Shown: positions 62,769-64,000 of the stretch, piece after piece
Layout: each line of letters begins with the position of its first letter
How positions within the stretch are numbered: position 1 is the stretch's first letter
Source: Haliotis rubra
Taxonomy: Eukaryota
Reading direction: 5' to 3'
Length of the DNA: 64,000 nt
Assembly (NCBI RefSeq): GCF_003918875.1
Contig: NW_025766780.1
Coordinates: forward strand, 3,348,001 to 3,412,000
Notes under the pieces: model-generated
The model's input: only the letters and a program-made list of their open reading frames with translations
Database searches by the model: none
Told to the model about the DNA's origin: nothing
Made by a program: the position numbers and the translations under genes

Positions 62769-64000
62769 TATATGCACGGCTGGTAATGCTACCACATTTC
62801 GGGAGTATATATGTCACATCAGTCTTACCCCTCAGTCAGTAATGTCTCCGCTATATCACAACAACATTTAAATAAACTATGACCCCCAGTCTCTTGTCTA
62901 TGTCGTTGGGATAAAAGCCTTCGTGACTTATTTTCTGGAGTCACTACGGGGTTGCAGTATGTGAAAAGGAAACCAGTCTCCATGCATGGACTGCGAGGAT
63001 TCATTTCTACATGATCATACTTATGATATGCAATCCAAAGGAATAAAATGGATATGTGTATACGTGTATGTAGAACTGCGTTGTATATCTGTCGAGTCAG
63101 CACATAGGAACGTTTGAAAAAACCCAGTGAATGATCACATTAAAAGCCAGTGACATGTGGAAGACTGTCGAAGCCAAGATGTTTTATTATCATTATCAAA
63201 TTTAGGAGATTACAGTGCATATATTTCTTCATACATTTTTATATTTTTCACAAATTATTCATAACATAGGAAATCTGTATAGGTGCAAGTCGCTGTGCAT
63301 AGTCTGTCTTGTTTATAGCCCCGCATGGCAAGCGCAGTAGTAGGCAATTAGCAAACGCGTCCACGCCAACCTTAAACTAATTAATCAAAGATGAAGTTAT
63401 TGAGCTGTGTCGGCTCCGGCCTTTCTTCTCGGGTACATCCCTTGGTCAAGCACAGATAAGTAGTCCCATCCCAGCAGGAGCATGTCTACCACCAACTAAG
63501 TCGTAATCGAAAATCAACTTTTGTTGAACAAGATCGAGATTACCATCATGCTATCCTCTTTATCCTGTCGTAAATGCCATGGTCAAGCGCTGACAGATAT
63601 TTTGTTAAGCAGCTGGCGCAAGCTGACTGTGGCTACACCATAAAGAAAATCAAACCTTGTTAGGTAATCATCTTCTTACCACCTACCTCGTGTAGTATAC
63701 TTTGTCAGCATAGGGTAGATAACGCATATGGAAACTTCAACTTTATAGAAACTTGATAATGACAAACGAGTAGAGCTGTGGGTTATAAAAAAATCTGGGT
63801 TCTTCCATCTCAGGCACACTTGCTTGAATAAACCCAGGAACTCACAGCTCTGCCTCCTTTCTTGTTTCAAGGTAAGAAACATTTAAACTTTATTCTTGTT
63901 TATGTTTAACTTGTTATTTCTTTGTAATTATCGTCTAGAAAATGTTAGAGTTAGGTTAGAAACATTCCTACAACATTGAAGCACTTTTTCATTGCAAATG

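Noticed and set aside
63740-63880. Possible plus-strand exon ending at CAAG|GTAAGA
   Set aside because: Good donor, but no recognisable coding sequence or partner exons within the window.

Overview
Eukaryotic, AT-rich, repeat-dense window. The SINE families and perlucin-like lectins point to a gastropod mollusc, probably abalone (Haliotis); this assignment is inferred. Most entries in the ORF track are spurious because the real genes are spliced. By reading GT-AG exons in phase I reconstructed six genes: a 9-exon PhyH-type Fe(II)/2-oxoglutarate dioxygenase (-), a 2-exon secreted EF-hand protein (-), a 9-exon sialate O-acetylesterase (+), and three tandem C-type lectins (-) with EPN, QPD and EPN motifs (the third lacks a clear first exon). 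Mobile content includes several Tc1 DD34E-type elements (one with an intact transposase), MITEs, a 5'-truncated LINE with a TSD, L1/Tx1 and other LINE fragments, four SINE families, Penelope-like (PLE) insertions, and a deleted Maverick/Polinton (adintovirus-like) remnant with two unknown Cys-rich ORFs. The most striking structure is a family of variant hammerhead-ribozyme-like motifs (U3-A8 core, loopless palindromic stem III) in the PLE termini. One such motif has been amplified into a ~25-copy, 53-bp tandem array at 24.06-25.37 kb. All family assignments come from motif recognition by eye; no database search or folding was run.
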